From the NCBI GenBank assembly GCA_963804955.1, contig CAWDSQ010000016.1:1-64000 (forward strand): a stretch of 64,000 nt of DNA, in the 5' to 3' direction. Every line of letters starts with the position of its first letter. The first letter of the stretch is position 1. Both the position numbers and the translations under genes were made by a program. The DNA is from an uncultured delta proteobacterium (GTDB taxonomy: Bacteria > Desulfobacterota > WTBG01 > CAIYCZ01 > CAIRTM01). Positions 53,519 through 64,000 of this stretch are shown here, in pieces. Below the pieces are notes generated by a model. It was not told where the DNA came from, searched no databases, and saw only the letters and a program-made list of their open reading frames with translations.

Positions 53519-54451
53519 ATGCGATACTTTTCCTTCAACACCTATCTCAAGCAGCTCTTTGGCGAGCGCGTACAAAAGGTAACGCTCGACGCAGGCCTTA
53601 CCTGCCCTAACCGCGACGGCACCCGGGGCACGGACGGCTGCATCTACTGCGATGCGAAAGGTTCGGGAACCGGCGCACATGCCGCCATGCCCGACCTTGC
53701 CGAACAGGCCCGCGCTGGCATGGAAAAGCTTGGGCGGCGCTACAAGGCACGCAAGTTCATCGTTTACTTCCAGTCTTTCTGCAATACCTATGCGCCGATT
53801 GATAAACTGAAAACAATGTACGATCAGGCTCTCTGTATTCCCGGCGTGGTTGGTTTATCTGTTGCCACGCGGCCTGATTGCCTCAGCCCGGCTGTGCTTG
53901 AACTGCTTGCGGGCTATGCGGAACGCCTTACTGTCTGGCTTGAACTGGGGCTCCAAAGTATGCATGATGCAACGCTTGAGCGCATCAACCGGGGCCATAC
54001 GTATAAAGAGTTTCTCGACGGGTATCTGATGGCGCGGGACTATCCGCTCAATATCTGCCTGCATATGATTATCGGTCTGCCAGGCGAGGGCCGGCAGGAG
54101 GTGCAAGCCACGGCCCGCGAAATCGCCCGACTTAAACCCGAAGGGTTAAAAATTCACTCGCTCTTTATACCCCGCGGCACAGCGCTGGAAAAACTGTACC
54201 ACGATGGCGGCTATGAGCCGCTTTCGCAGGAGGAGTTTGTAGAGCAGGCCTGCGACGTCCTTGAAATCATCCCGCCAGGCACAGTCATTCAGCGCCTCAC
54301 CGGCGACCCAGACCGCCGCGAGCTTGTTGCTCCGCAGTGGTCTCTGCAGAAAAATGAAACAATTAAAATGATAGAAACGGAGCTAAAAACGCGCGGCAGC
54401 AGGCAGGGGAAGCTCTGGCTTCTCAAGCATGCGAAATGTAAGCACTGTTGA
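53519..54451 (+). CDS. YhcC/TIGR01212-family radical SAM protein
   Basis: TCPNRDG..GCIYC, TRPDC, ELGLQS, INRGH, QRLTGD. Confidence 0.92.
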   Translation: MRYFSFNTYLKQLFGERVQKVTLDAGLTCPNRDGTRGTDGCIYCDAKGSGTGAHAAMPDLAEQARAGMEKLGRRYKARKFIVYFQSFCNTYAPIDKLKTMYDQALCIPGVVGLSVATRPDCLSPAVLELLAGYAERLTVWLELGLQSMHDATLERINRGHTYKEFLDGYLMARDYPLNICLHMIIGLPGEGRQEVQATAREIARLKPEGLKIHSLFIPRGTALEKLYHDGGYEPLSQEEFVEQACDVLEIIPPGTVIQRLTGDPDRRELVAPQWSLQKNETIKMIETELKTRGSRQGKLWLLKHAKCKHC

Positions 54452-54611
54452 TTTGTCATTCCGGGCGCAGGAAGGAATCTTATAGTTACAAAAATCACGA
54501 CACCCTTCACTGCGTTCAGGGGTACAAGTTAAAACTTTCCGGACAGGCTCTTAGCGTATTTGGCTTTATTTTTTGCACATTCTCCGGAGCAAGAAAGCTG
54601 CAGTATCCGGC

Positions 54612-54980
54612 TTAAGAAAACTTATACATGCCGTACAGGAAGGCCACAAACGAGATGAACCAGCCGATCTCGCTTGCGGCAATAAGGTTGTGGTAAAGAT
54701 TGAGCCGCTGCTTGCGGCGCATGAAAAGGGCGGTAAAAAAAAGTATCCAGACGCACAGCCCTGAGGCAATGGCAAAGATGAGCATAGCGTTGAAGGTTTT
54801 TATATCCGCACCTATGCTTTTCACGCCGAACATGGGCAAAAAGCTCAGAAGCATATCAAGGGAAATACCTGCCAGCATGATCCGCACGGCAGCCTTGCTC
54901 CCGTTGTCGCGAAACGATTTTGCCGCTCCTGCCAGAAAAACGCAGTAGGCAACTATCGACAATATTCCCATCGGCGTCAT
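54612..54980 (-). CDS. Hypothetical four-TM membrane protein
   Basis: Four hydrophobic segments; AAGGA RBS. Confidence 0.65.
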   Translation of the reverse strand: MTPMGILSIVAYCVFLAGAAKSFRDNGSKAAVRIMLAGISLDMLLSFLPMFGVKSIGADIKTFNAMLIFAIASGLCVWILFFTALFMRRKQRLNLYHNLIAASEIGWFISFVAFLYGMYKFS

Positions 54981-55015
54981 AGACATTCCTTTTTGAAAAT
55001 CTGTTGTTTGCACTA

Positions 55016-55074
55016 GTAGGGGCGCACCTGTGTGTGCGCCCTTGTGATGGGCAGACACGCAGGTCTGCCCCTAC
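55016..55074. repeat. GTAG-type REP doublet
   Basis: GTAGGGGCGCACCTGTGTGTGCGCCC ... GGGCAGACACGCAGGTCTGCCCCTAC in inverted orientation. Confidence 0.75.
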
Positions 55075-55158
55075 GGATTCATGCTCCATGGTGAAATAAA
55101 AAATTTTTCTTTTGAGTATCCCGTATGCAGAAAAAAGTCAAGCCGGGCATCAGCCCAT

Positions 55159-55188
55159 AAAAAAAGCCGCCCGAAGGCGGCTTTTTTT
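55159..55188. terminator. Bidirectional rho-independent terminator
   Basis: A7-GCCGCC-cgaa-GGCGGC-T7. Confidence 0.85.
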
Positions 55189-55206
55189 GTACTCCTCTTT
55201 CCCCTG

Positions 55207-56117
55207 TTAGAAACGATACTGGTGCTTGTTCACATATTCGGTCACATCAACTTCCTTCGGCTCTTCGCCAAGCATGGTAATCGTGACCAGATCGTGTCGC
55301 AGGTGCCGTCGCCGTAGTCGATGATGGCATCAAACTCTTCAACAGTATTCACGAGATGCACGGTGCCTGATGTGGGCATGGGGCAGGAAAGCTGCTGCGT
55401 GACATTGTCGAAATCCATGGCATAGGTGTTGCCGTCTTCATCGGTATAGGTTGCGCTGCCGTTGATGACCAGCGCCGGCTCGATGCTGTCATTGTCGCAA
55501 TGCAGATAGAAACACAGGGCATCGCTCAGATCTATTTCGGCCGTAAGATTATCATACACAATGCTGCGCGTGCGGCCATCGGCATGGGTGGTGGTCATGT
55601 CGCCGTCGATAAAAGCATAAGGCCCGTCTTGCCCGACATACAGCAACTGATGAATGGAGCCGTTGGTTACCAGGCCTTCCATGGTCAGATTATCAACCGT
55701 CAGTTCAGTTTCAAGATAAAGCTTAAGCTCTTCATCAAGCTTTACAACCCACTGCCCGTTCACCGTGCCTGACATGGCAATGCCATTCACAATGCACTCT
55801 GGGGCATATGCGATCGTAATATTTTGTGTAAAAACAGCGGGGAGAGTACTTGCTTGCCATTGCAAGGTGATTAACGGGCAACCGGTCAGGGCAGCCATCG
55901 TCTGCACACCACCGTCTTGTTCTGCCGATGAATCGGATTGTGCGCCAAACAGGGCACCCATCGGATTTGTCATCATCATTGAGTTCACCACCGCTCCGGT
56001 GGCAACCGAAAGCTTATGTTTTTTTTCAAGGGCTTTTTTGCATCCGCCCAGAGCAAGGCCGGCAAAGCACAGCGCAACAATCATCAGACAACTGCATAGT
56101 TTTTCATAACGTTTCAT
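55207..56117 (-). CDS. Hypothetical beta-rich lipoprotein (frameshift near 55290)
   Basis: Lipobox LGGC; DYGDGTCD near the C-terminus; alternative frame continues DLVTITMLGEEPKEVDV to a stop at 55207. Confidence 0.7.
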
Positions 56118-56407
56118 AGTACCTCCCCTTTAAAATAATGGTTTTATGGTGTAGTAATTGTAATTAAAATTCTTCTTTAATCGGCTTTAACTTCAAATAC
56201 TACCTTTTTATGGCTTGTAAAATACTGGTGGTGCTGCGGTTCCCCTTTTTTGAGCAGGAGCAAATATACTATATAAAACACCAACACCTCTTCAAAGAAA
56301 AGGTTGCAAAAATTTTCTTGCCGCAATTATGAATCAAGGAAAAATTTAACTTAATAATAAGAGACTGCCTTTAAAACAGTAGAAATGTAAGGGGTAACTG
56401 CGGGGAA

Positions 56408-56779
56408 TCACGCCGGAGAAATCAGTTCGTTAACAAGCTCCACAAGCTTTTTTATGTCAAGGGGCTTTCCCATGACATGCTGAGCGCCAAAAAGCTTGGC
56501 CATTTTAAGACAATCTTCGGAGTGCAGAACGCCGCCGCCGGAAATGGCTATGACCTTTACGTCGGGCTTATGCTTCTTGAGTTCAATGATCAGCTCAAGC
56601 CCGTCTTTTTCAGGCATCAGAATATCGGTTATAATAAGATCGAAGGTCTCATCGCAGGCAGCCTGCAGGCCAGTCTTACCGTTTGTAGCTGTAAAGGCCG
56701 TGTGCCCGGACTGCTCAAAAGCTATCTTCAACAGGGATACGCAATACGGATCGTCATCAATAACAAGAATTTTCGCCAT
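56408..56779 (-). CDS. Single-domain response regulator
   Basis: ILVIDDD, ITDILMPEKDG, ISG, KP. Confidence 0.9.
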   Translation of the reverse strand: MAKILVIDDDPYCVSLLKIAFEQSGHTAFTATNGKTGLQAACDETFDLIITDILMPEKDGLELIIELKKHKPDVKVIAISGGGVLHSEDCLKMAKLFGAQHVMGKPLDIKKLVELVNELISPA

Positions 56780-56863
56780 GCATCTACTCAAGGGAACAAA
56801 ATAAAAGCCAGCAGCAATTAATTAACGGAAAAGATGATAGAATAAAAAATCTTTTTTTTCAAA

Positions 56864-59800
56864 TTAAATTGTCTGTAATCCAGGTTTTTTCCGGCGGTTC
56901 AGCCGGCGCTTTGCTCCCTCAAAAAGCGAGTAGCAGACCGGCACAATCAGCAGGGTTATCAAAAGCGACAAAGCCTGGCCACCGATAATAACCTTGGCCA
57001 TAGATGCGCGGGAAGCAGCGCCGGGTCCCGAGCCAAGGGCAATGGGTATCATGCCGGCTATCAGGGTGATGGTGGTCATGAGAATGGGGCGCAGGCGGGT
57101 GCGGTTAGCCTCAAGAATTGCCTGCGTGAGCTGCCTGCCCTGCGCGACCAGCGTATTGGTATAGTCTATCTGCAGAATGCCGTTTTTCTTGACAATGCCG
57201 AAGAGCATGAAAATGCCCAGCAGGCTGTAGATATTGAGCGTATCCCCGAGCAGCAGCAGAGAGAAAAACGCAAAGGGAAGGGTAAGCGGAAGGGCCAGCA
57301 GAATTGTTATCGGGTGCAGAAAGCTTTCGAACTGAGCGGCAAGCACGATGTACATATAAACAAAAGCAAGCACAAAGGCCAGCAGCATATTCGTCATGCC
57401 ATCGCCCATCTGTTTGGCCCTGCCCGTAAAATCGCCCTGGTAGCTCACGGGCAGTTGCATCTCCTGCACAACCGCCTCGATTTTTTCGGTCGCCTTGCCA
57501 AGATCAAGCTTGTCAAGATTTGCAAAAATCGTGACCTGGCGCTGCCGGTTGAACCGGTCGATCTCTGCCGGGCTCTTGCCTTCGGTAAGCTCGGCAACCT
57601 GATTAAGCGTGATCATTCCGGATGTATTGGCCCCGACCGGCAGGCGCGCGATAATATCGGCATCGTTGCGGTCGCGCACATCAAGCCGCAGCCACACATC
57701 ATACTGCTCAACGCCCTCGCGAAATTTCGTGACGCTGTCGCCGCCCACCATGGTGCGAAGGGCCAGGGCGACATCGGAGGCCGAAACGCCGAGGTCTGCG
57801 GCCCTGGGCCGGTCCAGCGTAATGCGCACCTCGGGCTTGCGGGCCACAAGCGAGGTATCCACATCCACAAAGCCCGGCATTTTGCGCAGCCTGCGGGCTA
57901 CTTCATCGGAATATTCCATAAGCCTGCCCAGATCAGGGCCGGTCAGGTTATAGGAAATGGCGTAATTCTGGCGCGCGCTTGATGACACGACCCCTTCGAT
58001 ATCATAAACGCCGGAGCGCAGCTCCGGGTATTTTGAGAGAATCGCGCGCACGTCCTGCATGATTTTTTTCTGAGGGTAGTTTCGCTTGGCAATATCGACG
58101 GTGCCGACATAAATCGTGCCCTGCGTAATATCCTCGGCGCCCACCTCGGTGCTCCCGATCTGCGACAGGGTGGTCGTGATGCCTTCAACCTGCTGAATCT
58201 CGGCCTCAATTTTTTTAAATACCGCATCGGCGCTCGAAAGGCTTGAACCCGCCGGCACGATAAGGCTTACCTGAAACTCGCTGCGGTCATCCGGGGGTAG
58301 AAAGTCTTTGCCCAGCAGCGCCACAAGCGGTACGACCATCAGCACGCAGCCTGCGGCAACAAGAACCGTCAGGCCCCGGTTCCGAAGCGACCACTGCAGC
58401 GCGAACTCATAGCCGTCCTGCAGCAGCTTCCAGATGCGGGTCTCTTTCGACGATGCGCCCGCCTGCTTGCTGGTAAGGAATTTTGCCGACAGCATGGGCG
58501 TGAGGGTGAATGAGATAATAAGAGATATAAAAATGGCAAAGGCCACGGTAAGGCCGAATTCATAAAAGAAGCGGCCGGCCATACCGCTCATGAATGCTAC
58601 CGGCAGAAAGATGACCACAAGCGAGGTTGTGGTGGCCATGACCGCAAGACCGATCTCCTTCAGGCCGTCGATAGCGGCCTGAAGGGGCGGTTTGCCCAGC
58701 TCCTCCATGTGGCGGAAGATATTTTCAAGCACCACGATGGCATCATCGATAACAATGCCGACAGCAAGCGTCAGGCCCAGCAGCGACATGTTGTTAAGCG
58801 TAAAGTCCATTGCGCTCATGAAGGTAAAGGTCGCGATCAGGGATGTGGGAATGGCAACCGCAGCTATGAGTGTTGAGCGCAGGCTGCGCATGAACAGCAG
58901 CACGGACAGGGCCGTAAGAATGCCGCCCAGAATAAGGTGCAGCCGCAGCTCGTCGATGGAGCTTTCGATGAAGCGGGACTGGTCGGCAATGACCGACACC
59001 TTGATGCCGGGCGGCAGCGTCGAAGCGATGTCCTTCAGGCGCTTTTTAACCGCGTGAATGACCTCGACGGTATTGGTGCCCGACTGCTTCTGCACCACAA
59101 GCGATACTGCCGGCGTGCCCGCGCTCCCCGCTTCTTTTTTCCAGAGGCGGGCAAGCGTGCGGGGCTCTTCAACCGAATCCTCCACGCGGCCGATATCGCC
59201 CACCGTGATCTGACGGCCGTTCACCGTGGCGACCACTATCTTTTTAAAATCCTCCACCCGCTCAATGCGCGCAAGCGTGCGCAGCACCTGCTCGGAGTCG
59301 CCGCGGTCGATACGGCCCGAGGGAATTTCAACATTCTGCGTCGCCAGCGCCACTTTCACTTTTGCGATAGGAATGCCGAACGACTGCAGCCGGTCAAGAT
59401 CAAGAAACACATTGATGGCGCGGATCCAGTTGCCCATGGGAATAACCGCACCAACACCGCGTATGTTCTCTATGGCCTCCTTCACCTGCAGGCGCGCGAT
59501 TTCCGATATCTCCTTCATGTCCCGGGGGCCGGTCACGGCAAGGGTCAGGATCGGGATGGCGTCAAAATCCATCTTCGTGATGACCGGGGCTTCCGTGTCT
59601 TCAGGCAGGCGGCGCAACACGGTTGCCACCTTGTCGCGCACATCCTGGGCGGCTTCGGCAATTTTCCTCTCGAGGTGGAACTTGATAATGATGCGCGACA
59701 TGCCCTCCGTGTTGACGGCCCTCAGCTCATCCACGCCCTCAATCGTATTGACCACTTCTTCGATGGGCTTGGTGACCTGCGACTCCACCTCCTCGGGGGA

Positions 59801-59962
59801 TGCGCCGCGCAGAATTGTCGTAACAGTTACGATGGGGATTTCAATATCGGGCATGGTATCCACGCCCAGGGTGCGGTAGGAAAACATCCCGAGCACCACC
59901 AGCAGCAGCGACAGCATGGTGGCAAGAACCGGTCTGCGGATAAAAACGGTTAGATTATCCAT
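56864..59962 (-). CDS. RND efflux permease (AcrB/MdtBC-like)
   Basis: IRRPV, GIVIDDAIVVLENI, GIVKKNGIL, RLRPILMTT; 1032 aa. Confidence 0.95.
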   Translation of the reverse strand: MDNLTVFIRRPVLATMLSLLLVVLGMFSYRTLGVDTMPDIEIPIVTVTTILRGASPEEVESQVTKPIEEVVNTIEGVDELRAVNTEGMSRIIIKFHLERKIAEAAQDVRDKVATVLRRLPEDTEAPVITKMDFDAIPILTLAVTGPRDMKEISEIARLQVKEAIENIRGVGAVIPMGNWIRAINVFLDLDRLQSFGIPIAKVKVALATQNVEIPSGRIDRGDSEQVLRTLARIERVEDFKKIVVATVNGRQITVGDIGRVEDSVEEPRTLARLWKKEAGSAGTPAVSLVVQKQSGTNTVEVIHAVKKRLKDIASTLPPGIKVSVIADQSRFIESSIDELRLHLILGGILTALSVLLFMRSLRSTLIAAVAIPTSLIATFTFMSAMDFTLNNMSLLGLTLAVGIVIDDAIVVLENIFRHMEELGKPPLQAAIDGLKEIGLAVMATTTSLVVIFLPVAFMSGMAGRFFYEFGLTVAFAIFISLIISFTLTPMLSAKFLTSKQAGASSKETRIWKLLQDGYEFALQWSLRNRGLTVLVAAGCVLMVVPLVALLGKDFLPPDDRSEFQVSLIVPAGSSLSSADAVFKKIEAEIQQVEGITTTLSQIGSTEVGAEDITQGTIYVGTVDIAKRNYPQKKIMQDVRAILSKYPELRSGVYDIEGVVSSSARQNYAISYNLTGPDLGRLMEYSDEVARRLRKMPGFVDVDTSLVARKPEVRITLDRPRAADLGVSASDVALALRTMVGGDSVTKFREGVEQYDVWLRLDVRDRNDADIIARLPVGANTSGMITLNQVAELTEGKSPAEIDRFNRQRQVTIFANLDKLDLGKATEKIEAVVQEMQLPVSYQGDFTGRAKQMGDGMTNMLLAFVLAFVYMYIVLAAQFESFLHPITILLALPLTLPFAFFSLLLLGDTLNIYSLLGIFMLFGIVKKNGILQIDYTNTLVAQGRQLTQAILEANRTRLRPILMTTITLIAGMIPIALGSGPGAASRASMAKVIIGGQALSLLITLLIVPVCYSLFEGAKRRLNRRKKPGLQTI

Positions 59963-60059
59963 ATGTATATTGTAAAATTATAAGGTTTAGGTATTCAGAA
60001 ACAGGGCATTAACTTTTATGAACGCATTCTTCGAAAATGCTTATGAGTTTCTCAATCTC

Positions 60060-61124
60060 TCAATTCCCCAATCCTGCATTTTTTTTATTTTCGCGAATTG
60101 TAATTGCTTTGCCGTCAGTAAGCAGCTCGACACCCGTGGTAACGACCTTCTCTCCCTCAGACACACCTTTAGCCACCAGCACGCGGTCATGCATCTTGCC
60201 GGCCGTTTCAATGACGCGCTCAACGGCCTTGCCGTCTTTTGCAACAAACACCCGCGGCGTGCCGGCAAAAGCCGTAACCGCTGTTTCGGGAACGGTCAGC
60301 ATGGTGTCAACTTTCTGAGTCAGGATAGACACCCGGGCAAAGGAGCCGGGCTTGATTTTGCCTTCGCTGTTGTCGATTTCCGCCTCAACGGGAAATGAGC
60401 GCGAATCGCTTGCCACGCTGGGCCCGACGCGCTCTATGGTGCCGGGGAAGGAATAGTCCCGTCCGGCATCGGTATAGGCAAGAACATGATCCTCCTTGTG
60501 CACGTCGCCGGCATAGCGCTCCGGCACATCGCCCTTGAATTTTATCGGATTGAGCCGCACAAGATAAAACGCCGCTGAGCCCGCACGAACGTACTCCCCG
60601 GGATTGACGAGGCGCTTTCCCACGGCGCCGTCAAAGGGCGCCCGCAGCACCGTATCCTCGAGCTTCTTGCGGGCAAGGTCAGCAGCAGCGCGTGCTACAT
60701 TGAGCTTGCGCAGGTTCTCATCCATTTGCTCCTTTGCCATCACATTGTCGGCATGAAGCTTTTGCGCCCGCTTGAAATCAGCTTCGGTCTTCATAAGATC
60801 CGCCTCGGCCTGCGTCTTTTTCCATTCATATTCAACGGGTGTTATACGGCACAGCACATCGCCCTTTTTGACCTGGTCGCCAAGGTCAACCCGCATCTCG
60901 GTAAGCCTGCCATCAACCTCGATTGAGACCGTGGCCTCCTCCCAGGCGGCAAGAGTGCCGGTAATATCGATTCGGCGCTCCACTGCCTCGGACGTGACCG
61001 GAGCAACCTCAACGTTCTGGGCAGCCTCACCGGTTTCCGTATCCTTTTTTTTCCCGCAACCCGGCAGGGCCGATACAGCCAGGAGCACAAGAGCTAAAAA
61101 TATACATGCGTTTTTTTTCATCAT
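60060..61124 (-). CDS. RND efflux membrane fusion lipoprotein
   Basis: Lipobox LPGC; lipoyl-hairpin VKKGD...RAPFDG; adjacent to the RND permease. Confidence 0.93.
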   Translation of the reverse strand: MMKKNACIFLALVLLAVSALPGCGKKKDTETGEAAQNVEVAPVTSEAVERRIDITGTLAAWEEATVSIEVDGRLTEMRVDLGDQVKKGDVLCRITPVEYEWKKTQAEADLMKTEADFKRAQKLHADNVMAKEQMDENLRKLNVARAAADLARKKLEDTVLRAPFDGAVGKRLVNPGEYVRAGSAAFYLVRLNPIKFKGDVPERYAGDVHKEDHVLAYTDAGRDYSFPGTIERVGPSVASDSRSFPVEAEIDNSEGKIKPGSFARVSILTQKVDTMLTVPETAVTAFAGTPRVFVAKDGKAVERVIETAGKMHDRVLVAKGVSEGEKVVTTGVELLTDGKAITIRENKKNAGLGN

Positions 61125-61260
61125 CTTTGCTGCTTTTAATATTATATGGTTAATAATTTATAAAGAAGCCAGGCCTGCTCCTTTAAAAAAAGTAAAATCA
61201 AATCCTTAAAAATTTCTAGGAGGAAAAATCTCGAGCTGCCATTATTCTTCAGTTTTTTTA

Positions 61261-61288
61261 ATTATACCATTAAAAACTTCAGAGTCAA
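61261..61288 (-). promoter_or_regulatory. Putative sigma70 promoter of the RND pair
   Basis: TTGACT-N16-TATAAT with extended -10 TG. Confidence 0.55.
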
Positions 61289-61433
61289 ATAGATAGCGTG
61301 CAACTTAATTGCTTTTTTAGTTATTTCTTTTTTTGAAAAATGAAAAAAGGAGGGGGCTTACTTGCGGCTCAAGACTGGTGGTAAGCTGATGCGTCTATAC
61401 TCTTTCACTGTTGTCTTGAATGCGCCTTACCGG

Positions 61434-62652
61434 CTAAAAAGGAGTGAGGGATATTTCCACGTTCATAGTTACCGGATAGTCCGTTCCGATCAGCGGAAAG
61501 GGTGATGGAATTGTAGCCAGAAAAACAATCCCAAACGCAAAATCAGGCACCGGAACAACTGTTACGATGGGATGGGATAGGCTTGGGTATTGACTATCGG
61601 CGTCAGGCCGAGAAAGCCTGCTATGCCATAGAGCAAGATCTGCCGGAGATGCCGGCTCAACGGTCAGCTGAACAGAGCCGGCCCCTAAGGTAAGAAAAAT
61701 GAAGGCGTGAAACTCGCTCGGGTCATTTAAAACGGTGTTGACAAACGGAATTGAAAAAGTCTTCGGGGTCTCGGACGTGAGCGTGAAAAAGCTAAAGTGA
61801 TTATTTGAGAATCCTGTTGTTGTTGTCGTTGTCGTTTGAATCCCCCCGTTGAGCAGTGCGGCGGCGCTGTCGACCACGTCGCCGTTCGGAGCTATTGTCT
61901 TATAAACAAAAGCTCCATAGGCATGCGCACCGGTCATATCGGCGTCGGTAAAATCAGTATATACCATCACCGCATCATCAAAGTTGACCTCCCTCAGGTT
62001 CGCGCCGGCAAAGCTTGCATGGCTCAACCCTGTGCCCTTCAGGTCAGACTTCGGCATAACCACAGCATCAAAATTTGCATAATGCAGCGCTGCGCCGGGT
62101 GCGGAGGCAAAAAATGCTGAGCTTTCCGGGCTGAAAAACGGCGTATAACAATTCCCTGCCAGGTCCCATGCGCCCAAACAGGGTAAGCCCGGGTTGCAAT
62201 CCCTGTTGATCTCAATCGCCACGTCACCCGAGGCAGACGGCGCCTTTGAGAACCTGTTCGGCCTTTTCAGTTCGGCGATAATAGATTCATTGTCATACCT
62301 TAACGACGAAATGGTAGCGCAGGCGGGCGTTGAGTCGCCCCAGACAATAGCAGGTTTTTCGCTGTTGCTAACTACAGTAATCGAGAAAGCAACTGAGGCT
62401 CTGACTGCCGGCAGCATCATCGTCCGTGGTTCTCCAGTACATATAGGGATCGGGCGTTGATAATGTTAAAATATAGGTATTATTGTCACTGCTGGCTATT
62501 TTTCTAATGCTTGCGTCCGTTCCGGCCAGCGTATAAATGGCATTGCCCGGCCCGCATGTGCATGTGGCCAGAACTGTTTCGGTCGCGCCGGACAGCAGCA
62601 TCAGGGTTATACACGCAGCACCTATATTTTTAAGTTTTCTATACCATTCCAC
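61434..62652 (-). CDS. Secreted pentapeptide-repeat protein with Thr-rich linker (frameshift near 62420)
   Basis: Signal peptide in ORF 62368..62652; repeats ANFDA/SDLKG/ASFAG/ANLRE/ADMTG; QTTTTTTTG linker. Confidence 0.7.
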
Positions 62653-62939
62653 TTGTATTCCTGCTCCTTTATTTATCTATATTTTTTATACTAGCGTTAT
62701 TTTCACTATACCGCAAGAACCTTCTAGCCGCTTTGCGTTCCTTCGTGCCCCTGCGGTGTTCAAGCTGGAACTCAGAACACTCCTTTTTACTACAACAGTG
62801 GCAATTGTTCCTGGTTTCAATCTTTTTTATGGGTAAAAAACAATTTCAGCCTCACTGTTTTACGAACGCCGCTTCTTTGTCATACTCTTTTTTATCGGGC
62901 GGATCCGGTTCAGCTTGATTCAAATCTGGAAGCAGGCGC

Positions 62940-63425
62940 TTATTTTTTTTCAAAAACTTTTATAGCCTGCTCGAATTTGGCCTTGTTTTCAGGGCTCATT
63001 TTCATCAGCGTGCGGTGGGCTGCCAGGATATGATTTGTCATCTCTTTTTCGTCTGCTGCAATGGGTTTTATTTCTTGAAAATCACCACCCACGGTTCCGT
63101 TGCCGTGTAAAATAGTAAACACGCTATCAAAGTCCATGCCTTTGAGAATTTTAAGAATATCATTATCATTATCTGCAACCAGCAGGATGGGTTTTGCCTG
63201 CAGCATGCGTTTGCTGTGAAGGGCTATCTGCGCCAGAAACCCCATGCCGGTGCTGTCGATCCCGGTTGTTTCGGTCATGTCAACGACCACGGGCCTCATT
63301 CCCTTTTCAGCAAGCATTGCCCTCATACATGCTTCAACAGCGGGGCAAAGGCTGAAATGAAAATTCCCGAGGAGCTTAAAGATATAGACATTATTATAGT
63401 CTGCAAAAAAAACCTGGTCCGGCAT
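62940..63425 (-). CDS. STAS-domain anti-sigma factor antagonist (RssC-like)
   Basis: VVDMTETTGIDSTGMG; C-terminal ILAAHRTL...EN...F extension. Confidence 0.8.
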   Translation of the reverse strand: MPDQVFFADYNNVYIFKLLGNFHFSLCPAVEACMRAMLAEKGMRPVVVDMTETTGIDSTGMGFLAQIALHSKRMLQAKPILLVADNDNDILKILKGMDFDSVFTILHGNGTVGGDFQEIKPIAADEKEMTNHILAAHRTLMKMSPENKAKFEQAIKVFEKK

Positions 63426-63426
63426 A

Positions 63427-64000
63427 TCAGGCCTTTCGCTGAAGCATACAGACGGTGATATCATCCGGCGGCTGTTCAGCCCGGTCCAGATGCAGGATAC
63501 TGGAAAGCAGGGCAATTGATATATCCGGCCGGGAGCATAGCTCAAGAAGAGCCTGTTCCTTATCTTCAAGATTTTTTCCAACAACCCTCTCCAGCAGGCC
63601 GTCGGAAAACATGAATAAAGAAAACTGCCGGGGAATTTCCAGCTGCTCCGCAGTATACTCAGCATCCTCAAAAAGGCCTACGGGGAAACCGTGACCGGGG
63701 ATAAAGCCGGCCTGGTTGTCAACAACAAGAACAGGCCGGGGGTAGTGGCCGCCGACACAATAGTGCAAAAGGCCTTCCTGCCTGTCTATGACGCAGTAAA
63801 ACATGGTCAGATATTTACCCAGGCCGGTCTGCAGGAATTCCGTGTTCAGGTACTCAAGCAGCTTATCGGGCCGGATTATGAGGCTGTCGGCCTGTGTGTG
63901 ATAGCGCCTGAGCAGCTGGCTTATGAGGCTTTTAAGCAGCACGGTGACAAAGGCTGATGAAGCTCCATGCCCTGATACATCGGCAATGTAAAAGCCGAGA
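63427..64000 (-). CDS. SpoIIE/PP2C-type phosphatase domain (RssB-like; 5' part outside the window)
   Basis: FYIADVSGHG at the window end, GGHYPRP, FSDGL, PDDIT. Confidence 0.85.
   Translation of the reverse strand, partial: LGFYIADVSGHGASSAFVTVLLKSLISQLLRRYHTQADSLIIRPDKLLEYLNTEFLQTGLGKYLTMFYCVIDRQEGLLHYCVGGHYPRPVLVVDNQAGFIPGHGFPVGLFEDAEYTAEQLEIPRQFSLFMFSDGLLERVVGKNLEDKEQALLELCSRPDISIALLSSILHLDRAEQPPDDITVCMLQRKA

Overview
Core-genome window from a Gram-negative, probably anaerobic bacterium. Gene content resembles Desulfobacterota/'Deltaproteobacteria', but this taxonomy is inferred. The window holds about 60 CDSs and no rRNA, tRNA, CRISPR array or transposase. Main blocks: tRNA-modification and redox genes (Sua5-like, queG-like, msrA, Trx2), mltD, mqnE-crcB-DUF190, a UvrD helicase, a B12 radical SAM / GT-C / plsY group, DUF748, a NUDIX-FolK fusion, cstA, kamA, a large K+ locus, a sulfate ABC transporter (sbp-cysTWA), a contiguous F1Fo atp operon with a tail-less epsilon, an Fe-S/radical SAM cluster, an RND pair and an RssB/RssC-like pair. 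The most notable system is a Kdp operon with a clear sigma-54 promoter, an NtrC-type activator in place of KdpE, a separate HAMP-PAS kinase and two unannotated micro-membrane peptides. It also encodes a soluble KdpD-Usp protein fused to a PTS EIIA domain that retains its phospho-His. About 20 genes, including essential atpA/G/H/F and plsY, carry single-base frameshifts. These are most likely long-read assembly errors, so those genes are called CDS rather than pseudogenes.
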